Of a stretch of DNA of 64,000 bases, positions 49,610 to 62,478 are shown in pieces; the first letter of the stretch is position 1, and every line of letters starts with the position of its first letter. The DNA comes from Microthyrium microscopicum. Its lineage: Eukaryota. The position numbers and the translations under genes are program-made. The DNA lies in NCBI GenBank assembly GCA_010405405.1, contig MU004232.1, positions 763,481-827,480 of the forward strand, in the 5' to 3' direction. The notes under the pieces are model-generated. The model did no database searches. It saw nothing but the letters and a program-made list of their open reading frames with translations, and was not told where the DNA came from.

Positions 49610-50542
49610 ATGGTCAATGACAAGGATCAAACGAGTTCTTCCACCACAGACACCCACTTCCTCGACTCCTCCCATGGCAAACTAGAACTCAGAACTGCCC
49701 TGCCAGCTACAGGGCAACGTCATGAGGAACTACCAGTTCTCTTCATTCACGGAACCCAATGCGCAGCATCATGTTACTCAACGTTTCTCTCGCCTTTCGC
49801 TAAACAAGGCTACCCAGCATACGCGCTCTCCCTCCGGAACCATGGCAAGTCTGACAAAATAAGCTGGTTCAGCTCCATGTTTCTCACAACTATCGACTCT
49901 TTTTGCGACGACGTCGAAGTCGCAATCGAATACATTAAATCACAACACAATGGTCAAGCGCCTGTACTAGTCGCCCACTCCTTTGGAGGCGGCATAATCC
50001 AATACATGCTGTCAACACGGCAGGTAAGAGCACCTGCTCTCGTCCTACTCGCCTCATTGCCCCTGACAGGTGGGGCCTGGGAATTAATGGCAAACTGGAC
50101 AGCTGCCGAAGCACCGAACGGATATGACTGGCCCTGGAGCCGACGCTACCAGCTGAGTACTGTATCGCAAGTCAAAGCGGCCTTGTTCTCAGACGAATGT
50201 CCCGATAACGTGATTGAAGAGTGGTTGGGAGAGGATCGGACACCGTGTGAGAGTATGAGAGCTACGCTTGCTGTGTTTTACCAAATTGGTTCTGCAGAGA
50301 AGATCTTGGGCCAACTGGATGGGCTGCCAGGGACGGGACAAAAGATTCTGTGCGTTGGTGGTGGACAAGATAAGTTGATTACGAAAGATGTTGTTGCTGC
50401 CAATGTGAAGGATTATCGAGCAGTTGATGGCCGAGATGGTGTCGTGGAGGAGAAGGTGGTGGAGAAAAGCGGACATCATCTGATGCGTGATGTAGCGCAT
50501 GAAGAGTGTGCGGATGTGATTTTGAAATGGATCCAGATTTGA
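49610..50542 (+). CDS. Alpha/beta hydrolase (esterase-like)
   Basis: LFIHG, SLRNHGKS, nucleophile elbow AHSFGG, catalytic D (QDKLI) and H (SGHHLM). Confidence 0.88.
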   Translation: MVNDKDQTSSSTTDTHFLDSSHGKLELRTALPATGQRHEELPVLFIHGTQCAASCYSTFLSPFAKQGYPAYALSLRNHGKSDKISWFSSMFLTTIDSFCDDVEVAIEYIKSQHNGQAPVLVAHSFGGGIIQYMLSTRQVRAPALVLLASLPLTGGAWELMANWTAAEAPNGYDWPWSRRYQLSTVSQVKAALFSDECPDNVIEEWLGEDRTPCESMRATLAVFYQIGSAEKILGQLDGLPGTGQKILCVGGGQDKLITKDVVAANVKDYRAVDGRDGVVEEKVVEKSGHHLMRDVAHEECADVILKWIQI

Positions 50543-50998
50543 GTCGAGGCGACAAGATATGTTTTATACCCCATAGCCGCGAGAGAAAAGAATTAGCAAA
50601 GCGATCTTTTTCGAAACGTTTTACTCCAGTTGTTTTACATGGCTAGAAACCATAAATTTGGGATGCGTGGATAGTACTAATCCACTGAAAGGAGAAAAGG
50701 CTGTAAGTAGTGGATGGAAGACTATAAGGCTGATGAGCATGCTAATGTCTTTAAGGAAAGATCTAATTGTGTCAGACACCAATAGCTTGGTAATGCACGC
50801 TGCGGCGATGCTGGACTGGAGCATACTCAAGGTAAACTCTCCTAGCTGCATATGGATGCAGTATGTAGTTCTAGGCACCAGGTTCAACTGCGCCTCAATG
50901 CTACCAAAGCACCAATATATCAGCGAGCAGGTTCCCACCTTTCATTCTTATTCTTTAATGAATCTAAAACTCAACTCAACCCTCTGATTTCACTGGCA

Positions 50999-52420
50999 AT
51001 GGCTTCAGACCCAGCAGAAAACTCCAGCCCCAAACCACCTTCTCTACTCCCAGAGGACGAAGTCTCAAATCCAGACAGCGACGATGCATACCACGGATCA
51101 CCAAAGCTGCCAGGTGGCACCGTATGGACCCAGTTCCCTCCCAATGAATCCTTTCTCTCCGACCCAGAATGGTTCGATGGCATTGGAATCGACATGATCA
51201 AACGCCGCGGCATCTTCTCCTAACGTTCGAAATCAGAGCAGGTTGTTATGGCGCTTACGCTATACGACGAGATTCCAAGACGTGGGCTCCAGATCATGTT
51301 TGCTGCTGCTGTCAAGGGGAAAGCTTGGGTTATAGAGGCGCTGTTGGATATGGGCGTGACACCTCAGCCGATGCCCTCGACAGAAGATGATCAGACAGCG
51401 GTTTCTTTGCACGCCGCAGTGTTCCATGGGCGTTTGGACTGTGAGAAGCTGTTGATCGAGCAAGGAGGCGTGGATGTGAATACGAGATGTGATGTGAGTG
51501 AGATACCTTTGATGCGAGCGGCCTGGGGTCAACATCCCGAGATTGTCAGATGGTACTTGAGAATCGAGCGGATCCAATGCTGAAGCAGACGGAGGGTGAA
51601 GGGACTAATGCATTGGAGTTTGCAATTAGTGGTGGGAATATAGAGTGTGAGCAGCTGCTCTTGAAAACACAACGGCGAGGCGTAACGGGGCAGGACGGGG
51701 CTGATGTCCTTCTATCGGGGGAAGAAGCGATCACGTTGAATGCTTTGAAGGCAGCGGCAAAGTCCAGGAACGTCGAAATGCTACGACTCATACTAGAACA
51801 AGGTGGGTATCTCACGGATGACGACGCAGTCTGAAAAGGGGAGAGATTGGATGCAGAGCAGAGATATATGATTCAAAGTACTCTTCGCTACGCAGATGAC
51901 GCGCCAGCTCTTCGGATACTTTTGAGTTATATTGCTCAACCAGATGATGCTGGATTCTTCACAGTTCTCGACTTAATACAAGGGATAAAAGAACGAATCA
52001 TGGATATGCTCTTCACAGTCCTCAAAAAACCCGAACTCTTCAAGCTTATGTGCAGTGTTTCATTCAGCTCACCAGATCTGACTACAATGCAATACGAGAA
52101 TCGCAATTTTTCGAAGACCGAATACTTAAACCACCTAGTGCACAACGCAGCTCAAGAAGGTGCTTTGGAATGTGTCATGTTCATTCTCACCATACCCGGC
52201 GTATAAATCAATGTTCCTGGCCCGAGAAAGGTCGGTGCATTCTATAGAGCTGCTGAGCTCTCAAAATCAGTACCTCCGGTGGAAACTAGAAGTTTTAGCG
52301 TGGAACTGGACTTGGATGAAAGTGATGTCGACTGGCTTGCTTTTATGCAGATCCGCAAGTCTGCTTCAGAGTTGAAGCAAGATGATAGAGGAGAAAGGGG
52401 ATTGAAGGAACCAATCTGAA
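50999..52420 (+). pseudogene. Ankyrin-repeat protein pseudogene
   Basis: Ankyrin repeats SLHAAVFHGRLDCEKLLIE, PLMRAAWGQHPEIVR, ALEFAISGGNIEC and ALKAAAKSRNVEMLRLILE. In-frame stops at about 51221, 51832 and 52204 and a frameshift near 51555. Confidence 0.75.
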
Positions 52421-52497
52421 GCTCGACCTCGTGATTGGATTCGATACATTTCATTGTCATGTTATATACGATGCGAAACAAAATACTTGGTCACTGG

Positions 52498-53476
52498 TTA
52501 TTGTGCAAGGTAACCTCCTTCTACCGGCAGAATTGCACCAGTGATCCAGCTTGCATCGTCACTTGCAAGAAATACTGCTGGCCCTTCAAAATCTCCTGGT
52601 TTTCCGAGCCCTTTCAGAGGATGCACAGCATCAATTTGAGCCTTTACATCAGCGTTCGCAGCCATTGACGATATCATAGGCGTGTCTGTGACTGCACAAC
52701 ATTCAGTTGAAATCTCTTTACAATATGATAGAAGTTGAGACTTACAACCTGGCGCGATTGCATTGACATGTATACCAAGTGGCGCATAATCCAATGCAGC
52801 TGTACGTGTCATATTCACCACCGAACCTTTTGCACTCGAATAGCAAATGGTACCGCTTTTGCCAACCAAACCGAGAACTGAAGCGATGTTGATTATCCAT
52901 CCTCTGTCACCATTTGCGTAAGGTTCTTGCTTCATCATTTGCATGCCGGCATACTTGCAGCCAAGGAAGACACCAAAAGAATTGACGCGTATTGTTGAAT
53001 GAAAAGTATCTGCTGATGTTTCGTAGATAGGGGTAGGATTTTCAGCCTCAGCTGCAATACCGGCGTTATTTACCATACTGGATAGGTTGATTAGCCATAA
53101 GTACTAATACTTTGATATTCGGATCTTACATGTCGACTTTTCCAAACTCCTGCGTTGATAAATCAATCAATGTCTGAACACTTTCTTCACTTCCAACATC
53201 GGTCTCAACAAATTTGCTCCTGCCTCCATTTTGAGATATCAAGGTGTGAGTCGAAACCTCGTCCTCTATAGCGTCGGGTCGCAAGTCTGAGCAAACCACT
53301 TTGGCTCCTTCTGAAGCATATCTCAAAGCAATAGCTCGACCTAACCCACTGGATGCTCCAGTAATGATAGCGACTCGATCTTGAAGCCGACGAGAAGAAT
53401 AGAAACGATTGTTTGAATGTGTGCTATATCCGATAATCCGATGCAAGCCCTGTCTGAATGATCCCGCCATTGGCAT
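52498..53476 (-). CDS. Classical short-chain dehydrogenase/reductase, 3 exons
   Basis: TGASSGLG, VNNAGI, YSSAK (YxxxK), VNAIAPG and ASWITGAILPVEGG. Confidence 0.9.
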
Positions 53477-53619
53477 GTAAGAACATGACTTGCTTCCAGT
53501 GAGATGACCTCTAGGAATCTGTAGACTTTGTTAGGAATTGACGGTCTCCTCAAAATCTCATAACTATTTAGATTGGGTTAGCAGCGGGTTGCGATCCATG
53601 GCTAAAAGACTAAATTCTG

Positions 53620-53656
53620 CGGGTCATGATCCGCAAATATTGCGGCTGCTTATCCG
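53620..53656. promoter_or_regulatory. Two CGG-N8-CCG putative Zn2Cys6 sites in the divergent SDR/SMP-30 promoter
   Basis: CGGgtcatgatCCG (53620-53633) and CGGctgcttatCCG (53643-53656); near-match CGGgttgcgatCCA at 53585. Confidence 0.6.
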
Positions 53657-53853
53657 GAACCAGAAGCTAAGAAGATCGACTCCTTACGCTTGTGCACATG
53701 GCACTCCACGATGAGCAACCCCAGACTCCACTTCAATAATAACAAGACTTTAGACAATGTGAAATGGCGGGGTGCATAAAGGTGGCTTTGGATTATGCTT
53801 ATTGAGTCGTGCTCCAGAGTTAGCCTCGTCTACAGATTTATCAGTTTTTAACC

Positions 53854-54789
53854 ATGACGCAAAATTCCACCATAACAACACTGACTCCTGAGCCATGGGC
53901 GAAAGGCCTCTATTTTGGGGAAAGTCCTCGCTGGCACGCCGCCAGTAACACTCTTTATGTTTCCGACATGATTGGACGCAAAATCTACACCATCGACAAT
54001 GCGGGCGAGACTTCTGTGCTGCTTGAGGAGGAGAACCAGCCCAATGGCATGGCATTTATGGATAACAATACACTCATCACCTCCTCCATGTTCGATGCCA
54101 AACTCTACCGCTATCAGCTTGACACGAAGAAAACCGAGTTATATGCCGATCTTTCCGCAGTGATGACTGGATATTGCGGCGACATGGTTATCGACCATAA
54201 AGGACGTGTCTTCATCGATGACACTGGAGCTCGTGTCTTGCACGGAGAGACTCCAAGGCCTGGCCGATTACTCATGGTCGAGCCAGACACCAAAAAAGTC
54301 AGCAGTGTGGCTGAAAACATAGTCTTCCCCAATGGCATTGGCATCGACTCTACTGGCAAAAACCTATACCTCGCGGCCACTTTTACTTATCATCTTTACA
54401 AATTTTCCCTAGATGCCGATACAGGGGCATTGAACAACCAGGAGACTATCTGGGACGCACATGAGCTCGCAACTGTTGCGAACAAAGAACACACTCGGTT
54501 TTGTGGTATTGATGGAATTTGCATTGACGCGCAAGATTGCATGTGGTTGAGCATGTTGGGATACCAGATGTTCATTCGAAGAGACAAGAATGGAGCGATA
54601 ACACATCAGATTCACGTGGACGGAGATGCAACAGCATGTGCGCTTGGTGGGTCAGACGGTAAGACACTTTTCCTGGTAGTCAATAAGGTGCCGAAAGGAG
54701 AGGATCTATTCGATGCTATGGTGGGAAAGCGAACGAAATGTAGTATCATGACCGTCCGAGTTGATGTTGGAGCTGCCACAGGAGTTTAG
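53854..54789 (+). CDS. SMP-30/gluconolactonase/LRE family beta-propeller (lactonase-like), intronless
   Basis: FGESPRWH, PNGMAF, FPNGIGI, DGICIDAQ and TACALGGSDGKTLF. Confidence 0.88.
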   Translation: MTQNSTITTLTPEPWAKGLYFGESPRWHAASNTLYVSDMIGRKIYTIDNAGETSVLLEEENQPNGMAFMDNNTLITSSMFDAKLYRYQLDTKKTELYADLSAVMTGYCGDMVIDHKGRVFIDDTGARVLHGETPRPGRLLMVEPDTKKVSSVAENIVFPNGIGIDSTGKNLYLAATFTYHLYKFSLDADTGALNNQETIWDAHELATVANKEHTRFCGIDGICIDAQDCMWLSMLGYQMFIRRDKNGAITHQIHVDGDATACALGGSDGKTLFLVVNKVPKGEDLFDAMVGKRTKCSIMTVRVDVGAATGV

Positions 54790-55221
54790 AGCGATGACAG
54801 CTAGGCATTTTGCACATAACTGGAATAGCAGAAACCTATACCGTTCCATATCAATTCAGACATGTGAAGGGCTCTTTCTCTGAGCAAATCGTGATTGTCA
54901 CAAGTTAGGGATACGAGCTTTCTTTACAACAGCACCCGATTTTATGTTTTATGATGGACATAGTGAATCCGCGTCGGTTGCTGGAGGTTCGCAATCACTT
55001 TAATCATACACTCTTCTACCAGAAGGCAGGCCTAAACGCCTCCGTCTATGGTTCTTGGTCTTGCCGGATAATTTTACTATACGATATGAGCGCACTGACT
55101 TAGCGTGCGATCTTGTCCGGAAATGAATGTCGAGTGCCAGAGAAGGTCTTCACAAGATATCAACAAACGTTTGCATGAAAGTTCATGAAAGAATCATATT
55201 TAATTTTCGGCGCGTAAAGAA

Positions 55222-56232
55222 TTATTTCATACGTGCAGCCAATCTTGGAAACAGCTTCAATGCGTTGTTCCTGTTAACGTCGTCCAAGAAATTCTTGGTC
55301 TCAAATGGATACTTATCAAGACCATCAGTGTGATAAGTAATGATGCCAGGCCCAGCATAAGGATAATCACTTCCATACAAAACGTGGCCAGGTTTGGCAA
55401 ACTTCTCGATGACGAGAAGAACATTCTTGCTTCCTGCAACAGCAGTATCGTAGTACAAATTGCTTGCATCTTCGATGAAGTCCTCGGGGTTCCAGGTTTT
55501 GTCAAGATATGGAAGCACAGTTGCTGGTCGACCAACAAGATATGGAAGGGTGCCACCAGCATGAGAGAGGATGATCTTGACGTTGGGGCATCGCTTGACA
55601 GTACGAGAAGCGATGAGATCAACCGCTGCTTTGGTTGTTTCGAAAGGGTAGTCGATGACTGGTTGTGGCAAGCCAGGATTGACTAGATTCGTGTCGACAG
55701 GATGGGTCGGGTGGATGAATACAACAGCCTTGCGTCTTTCAAGTTCATCCCAGATATCTTTGAAGTCGGGATGGCCTAGGTAGTGGTTGCCTGGTCCATA
55801 GCGCGAGAACAATGTGAAGCCGTCAACTTTTAATTTGTCGTCGCAGTATGCGATTTCCTTCAATACGTTCTCTTTATCATGGAGGTTTGGCAAAGCAGCA
55901 AGAATTCCATATTTCTCTGGCTCCTTGTCACGCATTGCAGCTGCGTATTCGTTGCAGTCTCTGGCGAGTTTTGCACAAGCTGTTGGATCTTTCAGAATGC
56001 ACGCTCCTGGAGCCGTGAGAGATAAAAGACTTGTGCCAACTTCATACTTGGTTGCGAAGTTTGCATCTAGTTCGGGTGACCACTTTGGAATTTCCCAGCC
56101 AGAAGGGTCTCCACCGCTTGCTACAACAGCTGAGAGATTGTCAGTCACTGTTTCCAAAGCACAAGGGAACTTACCATTGGCATAGAAGTCAGTAACAAAG
56201 TGATGATGAACATCGATTCTGTTAGAGCCCAT
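55222..56232 (-). CDS. Amidohydrolase-2 family decarboxylase (6-methylsalicylate decarboxylase-like)
   Basis: RIDVHHH, SLTAPG, VFIHP, LSHAGGTLPY, YYDTA and LYGSDYPY; in-frame intron near 56174-56131. Confidence 0.88.
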   Translation of the reverse strand: MGSNRIDVHHHFVTDFYANGKFPCALETVTDNLSAVVASGGDPSGWEIPKWSPELDANFATKYEVGTSLLSLTAPGACILKDPTACAKLARDCNEYAAAMRDKEPEKYGILAALPNLHDKENVLKEIAYCDDKLKVDGFTLFSRYGPGNHYLGHPDFKDIWDELERRKAVVFIHPTHPVDTNLVNPGLPQPVIDYPFETTKAAVDLIASRTVKRCPNVKIILSHAGGTLPYLVGRPATVLPYLDKTWNPEDFIEDASNLYYDTAVAGSKNVLLVIEKFAKPGHVLYGSDYPYAGPGIITYHTDGLDKYPFETKNFLDDVNRNNALKLFPRLAARMK

Positions 56233-56465
56233 AATGACGAAGAATTGGGTGCGTCAGGTATGTTTTTTTTGTTGAGAATGTTCAAGTGATTGAAATGCTG
56301 GTCAGCTTGGAAATGGCAATACTAAACTGCCCCTTTTCGTCTCCAGCTTCATTCTTATTATAGCCATGATTTCCGTACCGACAAAAAACAAATAGCTCTA
56401 CTTAGTGTGCATCTTCCGCCAGTAGGACGGTCACTGACGGTGGTCGGAACTTGCGGATGGTATGG

Positions 56466-56479
56466 CGGGTCTTCATCCG
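56466..56479. promoter_or_regulatory. CGG-N8-CCG putative Zn2Cys6 site between the decarboxylase and the TF
   Basis: CGGgtcttcatCCG, about 235 bp upstream of the decarboxylase ATG. Confidence 0.6.
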
Positions 56480-57143
56480 CAACGTGCGCGTCGCCACAAA
56501 AGAGTTTTTCAAATTTACTTACGGCATAGAATTGTTCGCGGAATCGCGGTATACCACTAATTGTACTACTTCACTTTGAAGGTTTTGTGGGATTCTCTCA
56601 AGTAAGTGATCGATGAACCATTGACCGTATTCCTCATATCCTGACATGTGAACCGGACAAGAAGGAAATAATTCCATACATCAGTGGACAAGATCCTGCG
56701 ATAGTGTGAAACCTGATTATAAACGCCCCTCATCGCCCTGCAATGCTCACCAAATAATTCGTAACTGAAAACATACCTTCGTCCGTTTCTTGTGATGCTT
56801 CCATCTGAAGACTATGCTGGGAACCACAATCAACTCTAACCAATGAACGACTGGTTCAATAGCAGTCAAGCACGAACCCTACTGCATCAGTGTTGGTGCC
56901 GACAAGCGTGCTATAGTGTCAATCGCGGTCAAAATAATGTGGGGAAAGTCTGGGGCAAGTGCCGTAGCGCTCTGGGGTAACTGCAAGTAATCCAACTTCA
57001 TCTACGCGCGTACATTACCAATTACCAGGGAAAGAGTTTCCAAATCCTCCTCCTTCGCTTTGCCAAAGCTCTATATCATACCTTGGTCAGCTCGAAGTCT
57101 TCACGCAGTGAATGCCGGATGTTCGTGAAGATCAGCGGTTGAA

Positions 57144-59865
57144 ATGACAGAGCAAGATCCCAAACGAAGAAAAGTATCCCTAGCATGTGTGGAATGTAGA
57201 GAAAGAAAGCGGTAAATATGGCGTAGCTCCCAGTAAAACTACATGAGGTACTAATATCTCCCCAGGAAGTGCGATGGCACCCGTCCTGTATGTGGAGGCT
57301 GCGCTCGACGAACTCCCCAGCCGTCATGTGTATATTCCGATGATACCTTGAAACGGGGAAGTTCAAGGTAATGTTCAGGTATACCACATCAAGCATGTTT
57401 TGACTGATGAAATCTAAGTTATGTTGACTCGCTGAGGGCTAGAATCAAAGAATTGGAGGCATCTGCACATTCAGAGCCTCCAATCGTCCCGCCTTCACCA
57501 CCTATCTCGGAGATCACACGAATTGTTCAATCTGTATCGGGACAGTCTGATAATTTTTCTGCTCGCCAACTTGCGGAAAGAAGTAAGACCTACGAAGCAG
57601 GTTCTGCTGGTGCATCTGGTCCTTCATCAGCTTCACCCAAGAAGCGTTACATGACTTCCACATCCTCTAATCAAGTTCGGTACGAATCCCAAGATACGTC
57701 AAGCCTATGCTTGGATGAAGATCTAGAAGGTGGCTGTTCCGTCGCAGAAGACGAAGGGTGCATTGGAATGGGCGTCATGGGGACCTTGAGCGGAAGTGTC
57801 TGTCACGAGTGCAAGGGCTTAAGAGGCGGCCAAAGAAGTGATTATTCTGGCCCTTCTAATGTAGTCGATTTTGATCGCCAGATCCGCTATTGGACCACTC
57901 GCCCAACAGAATATCAGTATAGTACTGTTACAAGAGAGACTACTCCAAGAATATGCCACTGTGCGCCCACTCCTACGACGATCTCAGTTCCTCTCGAGAC
58001 AGAATTAAGTCTTCCTCCAAGAGCCACCGCAGACATTTTGGTCGAGAGCTATTTCGAACGAGTACATAGTCTGTACCCCTACCTTCATCAACCAACTTTT
58101 ATCGAAGCCTACACTCAACTCTGGCAACCAGCTTTGCTTGAGACTAGCAACAACACACGTAGAATCAACAACAGGCTGTCTCACTGCTTGCTAAACGCGG
58201 TTTTTGCTTTGGGTTCGCGCTTTTCACCACATCTTGATGCTCTGAAGAGGATCGCAACCAGTGAAGTATTCTACAACCGCGCTATGAAACTACTAGACTT
58301 TCGCTTGCTGGAGCGTGGAAGTCTCGAACTTGTTCAAACGTTACTACTTACTGCACAGTATCTTCAGAGTACACAGATGTGGGGATTGTGCTGGAACCTG
58401 GTTGGACTTGCAGTCAGAGTCGCTCAGCAGATAGATCTCCACATTTCTCCATCGGACATTAAGAACTACCCAGCCTCGTCCTCAGCCTTATTGGACGAAG
58501 AAATGCGAAGGAGAGTTTGGGGCGGTTGTGTAACCCTGGATCGGTATGTTATGACCTGATGAAAATCATCTATAAACTCTTCGGCTGAGCTCTAAAGCTC
58601 CCCGGAACTGATTGTATCCATGAGCACGTTCTGACTATTATGTGATCGAAACAGGGTACTATCTATGCTCTATGGAAGGCCGCAGATGCTTCATCCGAGC
58701 TCCACGCGTTATTTCATTGACTATCTACCTTCTAAGACGGACGAAGAGCTACTAGATCAACCAGAATATCAACTTGACACGCAAGCTCCGCGAATAATCG
58801 ACTTTTATGTCCACTCGCTTAGGCTTATTCACTATCTAGGCGATATTCTAGACTCACTCCACGGACAAGAAACCAACGACGATCTTCCGAGTAAACAAAA
58901 TCCTGAAGAGCAGGAAGAACAATACAATATTAGCGGTGAAAAGTTCCAAAGAATGCTGAAACTTGATTCATGTCTTGTAAACTGGCGGAAGCAAATTCCC
59001 CAACACATACGAATACCGTATGATGAGCCTCGCTCTATGTTCTGGCGACAGTCTCAAGCCTTACGAGCTCGGTATGTAAAAGATGACCCACAGCGTCACG
59101 CAAATACTAAAATCGTATAGATATCTTCACATGCGCATGTTTCTTCTTCGACCGGTTCTGCTTGCACTTTATCGACAAGCTTCACCGTCAGAATCACTTT
59201 TAGATATTGATGACTCTGCACAGCAGAGTTTAGAGGTCGACAGGCTCATCCGAGTTTCCAAAATATGTGTAACCGTAACGAGGGACTTGATAAATCTTAT
59301 TTATACAGACGTTCACCACGACCTGGATCTGGCGATTGTGTGGTGGTATGGAGTTTATTGTAAGATCTCTCACTCAAATCCACCTGTGCTGAAATAAGGC
59401 TTACCCAGTCCAAGATATATACACTTGTGCAACAATCATTCACACAGCGCGCGTTTGTAGCTCATTGCAGGATTGCTACGAAGGCAAGTCTCTGGAGGAA
59501 AGTTTCAATGAATGCCTACAGTGTCTGCATAAATATGAAGCATACGGATTGGCCCCCAGGCGGTGTCGAATTGCAATGCAAATGCTCGAGAAAAGAGCAT
59601 TTACAAATCCAGTCCGTAAGTCAAGTAGATGAATATCTCATAGCAGTTTTCACCTCAGACTAACGATCAAGATATAGCAGAAGGCCATTCATTTGCCTCC
59701 CAAGAACCCTCATTTTCTCTGGCTCAGGATCCATCTTTCAGTGTAAATGATTGGTCTGGAATAGCTTATTGGTATGAGGGGATGAACCCAGGAATGCCTA
59801 GTCTCGACATTGATAGTCTCTTTTCGATGCCGTTTATACCATTTGACGAGAACTTTGAGAGATAA
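57144..59865 (+). CDS. Zn(II)2Cys6 fungal transcription factor with fungal-specific TF domain, multi-exon
   Basis: Spliced KRRKVSLACVECRERKR|KCDGTRPVCGGC..CVY. Middle domain YFERVHSLYPYLH, LAVRVAQQIDLH, EEMRRRVWGGCVTLDR and YGRP. Confidence 0.9.
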
Positions 59866-60054
59866 AATTGCCACAGTCCGCCAAGTGTCTTTACTCGTCG
59901 ATGATATCCAAACAGCACCTGTAACAGAGTTTATGTGTAAACTTTACAAACTATCTAATACAGGCAAATCGTGGCTCACCGCTCACTGATACCTTTCTTC
60001 TTCAAAAAGTTCAAAGCCGTCATCCCGGTTCCAGTGAACATTTCACTTGTATAA

Positions 60055-61846
60055 TTAAAGCCTAGTTCTTGGCCACAGAAAAGCTCCTGCGAAAAGTACA
60101 GAACTTCCGATAAGAACACCATCCAAACTTTTCTGCAAGAAAGACGACTCCTCTACTACGCGTCCTATCTGATCAAACGCTCCTCTGGAGACCATAAAGT
60201 TCCCAGGATCTTCGATTTCGTAATTCTGCCATTGCACTTTCGACATCATTTGCTGATACTCCACCACTGTTCCACACCAGTTGTTCAAAATCCGTCCCTC
60301 GGCTGTCTTATACCAGCTTTGACACCTCGGATCGGCAAACGTACTCTTCTGTAGACGTTCCTGAAGCCATTTGTTATATGACTCGATGACAGCTGGCTTT
60401 GGGGATAATGCTAGTAAAAGACCTGCCTTCTTTGCTGCAATGACTTTCCCAATGAGTGCATTCAAATAACGAGATTGTGCTTCTATCATGAGTACGATAG
60501 AGTTGTGACCCAGGTTTGTATTGGGTCCATAGAGAATGCCAAAATTTGGCATTGACTCCACATTGACGCCTCGGAACGCTGAAGGTGCTTCTTTCCATAC
60601 ATCACTCAAGGAACGTCCTTGGGAGCCATAAATCTCCATGGGAAAGAGGAACTGTTGAGTTTTGAACCCAGTTGCAAGAATAAGACAGTCTATTTCGTGC
60701 TCATGAGATCTCTTGCCACTGGTCGATATACTTGTTCTTGTGATCTGCTCAATTGGATCGGTTTGCAGGGTGACGTTAGACCGGTTCAATGCTGGAAAGA
60801 AGTCATCTGAACAAATGACTCTTTTGCAACCAGGTGGATATACCGGCGTAAGCTTTGCTCGAAGCTCAGTGTTGGATGGGATCGATCTCGCCATCATCTC
60901 CAGACAGTCCTTTCGTATGCCATCCTTTTCCTTGGTGTCTGGCACCGAAGCTGCCTGAAAGAAGTCTTCACGCATATCCATGAGCTGCGACCGGTATCGT
61001 TTGCGAATAGCTGGGATATAATGATAAGCAGTACGCCTTGATACGCTTATTGCTGTATCGTTCCGAGGCACTACCCAGTTCGGTGTTCGTTGGAAGACTG
61101 TGAGACTTATGGCTTGTTTCGCTACCTCAGGAATGATTTGAGCTGCAGTGGCACCGTTGCCAATGATTGCTACTCGCTTGCCGTTAATAGGGTAAGTCCA
61201 GTCCCAGCGCGCAGAGTGCATGACTTTGCCGGAAAAGTTTTCTAGGCCACGAATCTCCGGGTAGTAAGGTTGATTCAGCTGGCCAACGCCAGATATGAGG
61301 AAATCTGCCTTGAGAGTGTATTGCTCTCCATATTCGGCCTCTTTTCCTGAGCCAATGTTTACCGCAATATCCCACTTCTTTCTTTCCTCGTTCCATCGGC
61401 CTTCCGAAACCGTTGAGTTGAAGCGGATATGGCGGTAAAGACCCCATTTCTCCGCCACGGAGACCATATGACGTTGGATCTCTGCTTGTGTAGGAAATTC
61501 TCTGGACCAATTCGAATTAGGCTCGAAGGAGTAGGAATATAGATGGCTTTGCACTGTGACCTGTTTAGTACTTCATACATTCAAACAATTGTCAATGGAG
61601 AACGGCTTACCATCGCAACAGCATCCTGGGTATGTGTTATCACTCCATGTCCCTCCGACTTCGAGGCCTTTCTCTAATATGACAAAATCGCGGCATTGGT
61701 TACGTTTTATCAAGTCTATGGCTGTACAAGTTCCTGTGCCAAGCACTATTAGTACTGCAACAATTTGTAGACACGCGAAACTTACCTGAGAAACCTGCGC
61801 CTATTATGGCCACCGTCGTGTTCGTTCTTCCTTGTCCATGTGCCAT
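60055..61846 (-). CDS. Flavin-dependent Baeyer-Villiger monooxygenase, multi-exon
   Basis: VAIIGAGFSG, GGTWSDNTYPGCCCD|VQSHLYSYSF, BVMO fingerprint FSGKVMHSARWD, GNGATAAQ and LATGF. Confidence 0.92.
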
Positions 61847-61984
61847 ATTGAAATTTCTGACTGTTTGGCTCCTGTATTCCAGATTCTGTTGATTGACATA
61901 AATAACTTTTCGTACATCTCAACAAAAAAAACCTTGTCCCATTCGTTGACGTGGTGCGGACAAGTACCCGCAAGCAATTTCAGG

Positions 61985-61998
61985 CGGATCTTGACCCG
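61985..61998. promoter_or_regulatory. CGG-N8-CCG putative Zn2Cys6 site upstream of the BVMO
   Basis: CGGatcttgacCCG (reverse complement CGGgtcaagatCCG), about 140 bp upstream of the ATG. Confidence 0.6.
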
Positions 61999-62478
61999 AT
62001 GAAATGAGTTTGATCACAGAAAAAACGATTTATATCATCAAATTAGAATTGAACACGGATGGATGAATAGAAAAGAGAATTCTGGATACACGCTAGAAGC
62101 ACATTTGTCGCGGAGCACTAGGTTGTGTCTGTATACGTTATGAGGCATGCAATTTCTACACTAGCGACTGTTGATTCGGGAGACGTCCAATTCCGCATGC
62201 AGAAGTTAACTTTGCGGCCACCTCTTGGGCTGTTCCAGGATGTTTATAGAGGAAAAATATGTACTAAAATCTGGTATCGAGGGTAGCAAGGGTGTCTTAA
62301 GCTTCAGCCCAGTTGTTACAACATGGGAATTGTGACCAAGAATAACGTTCCTATACACTCAACTTTCAAGACACTGTAAACAGATCTTTCGGGTCGCATC
62401 CAAATACGGTAACTAAAAGATATTTTGACTGTAAATTCATCTAACCCCGATACAAGGTGCACCTCGAAGGATGGATCG

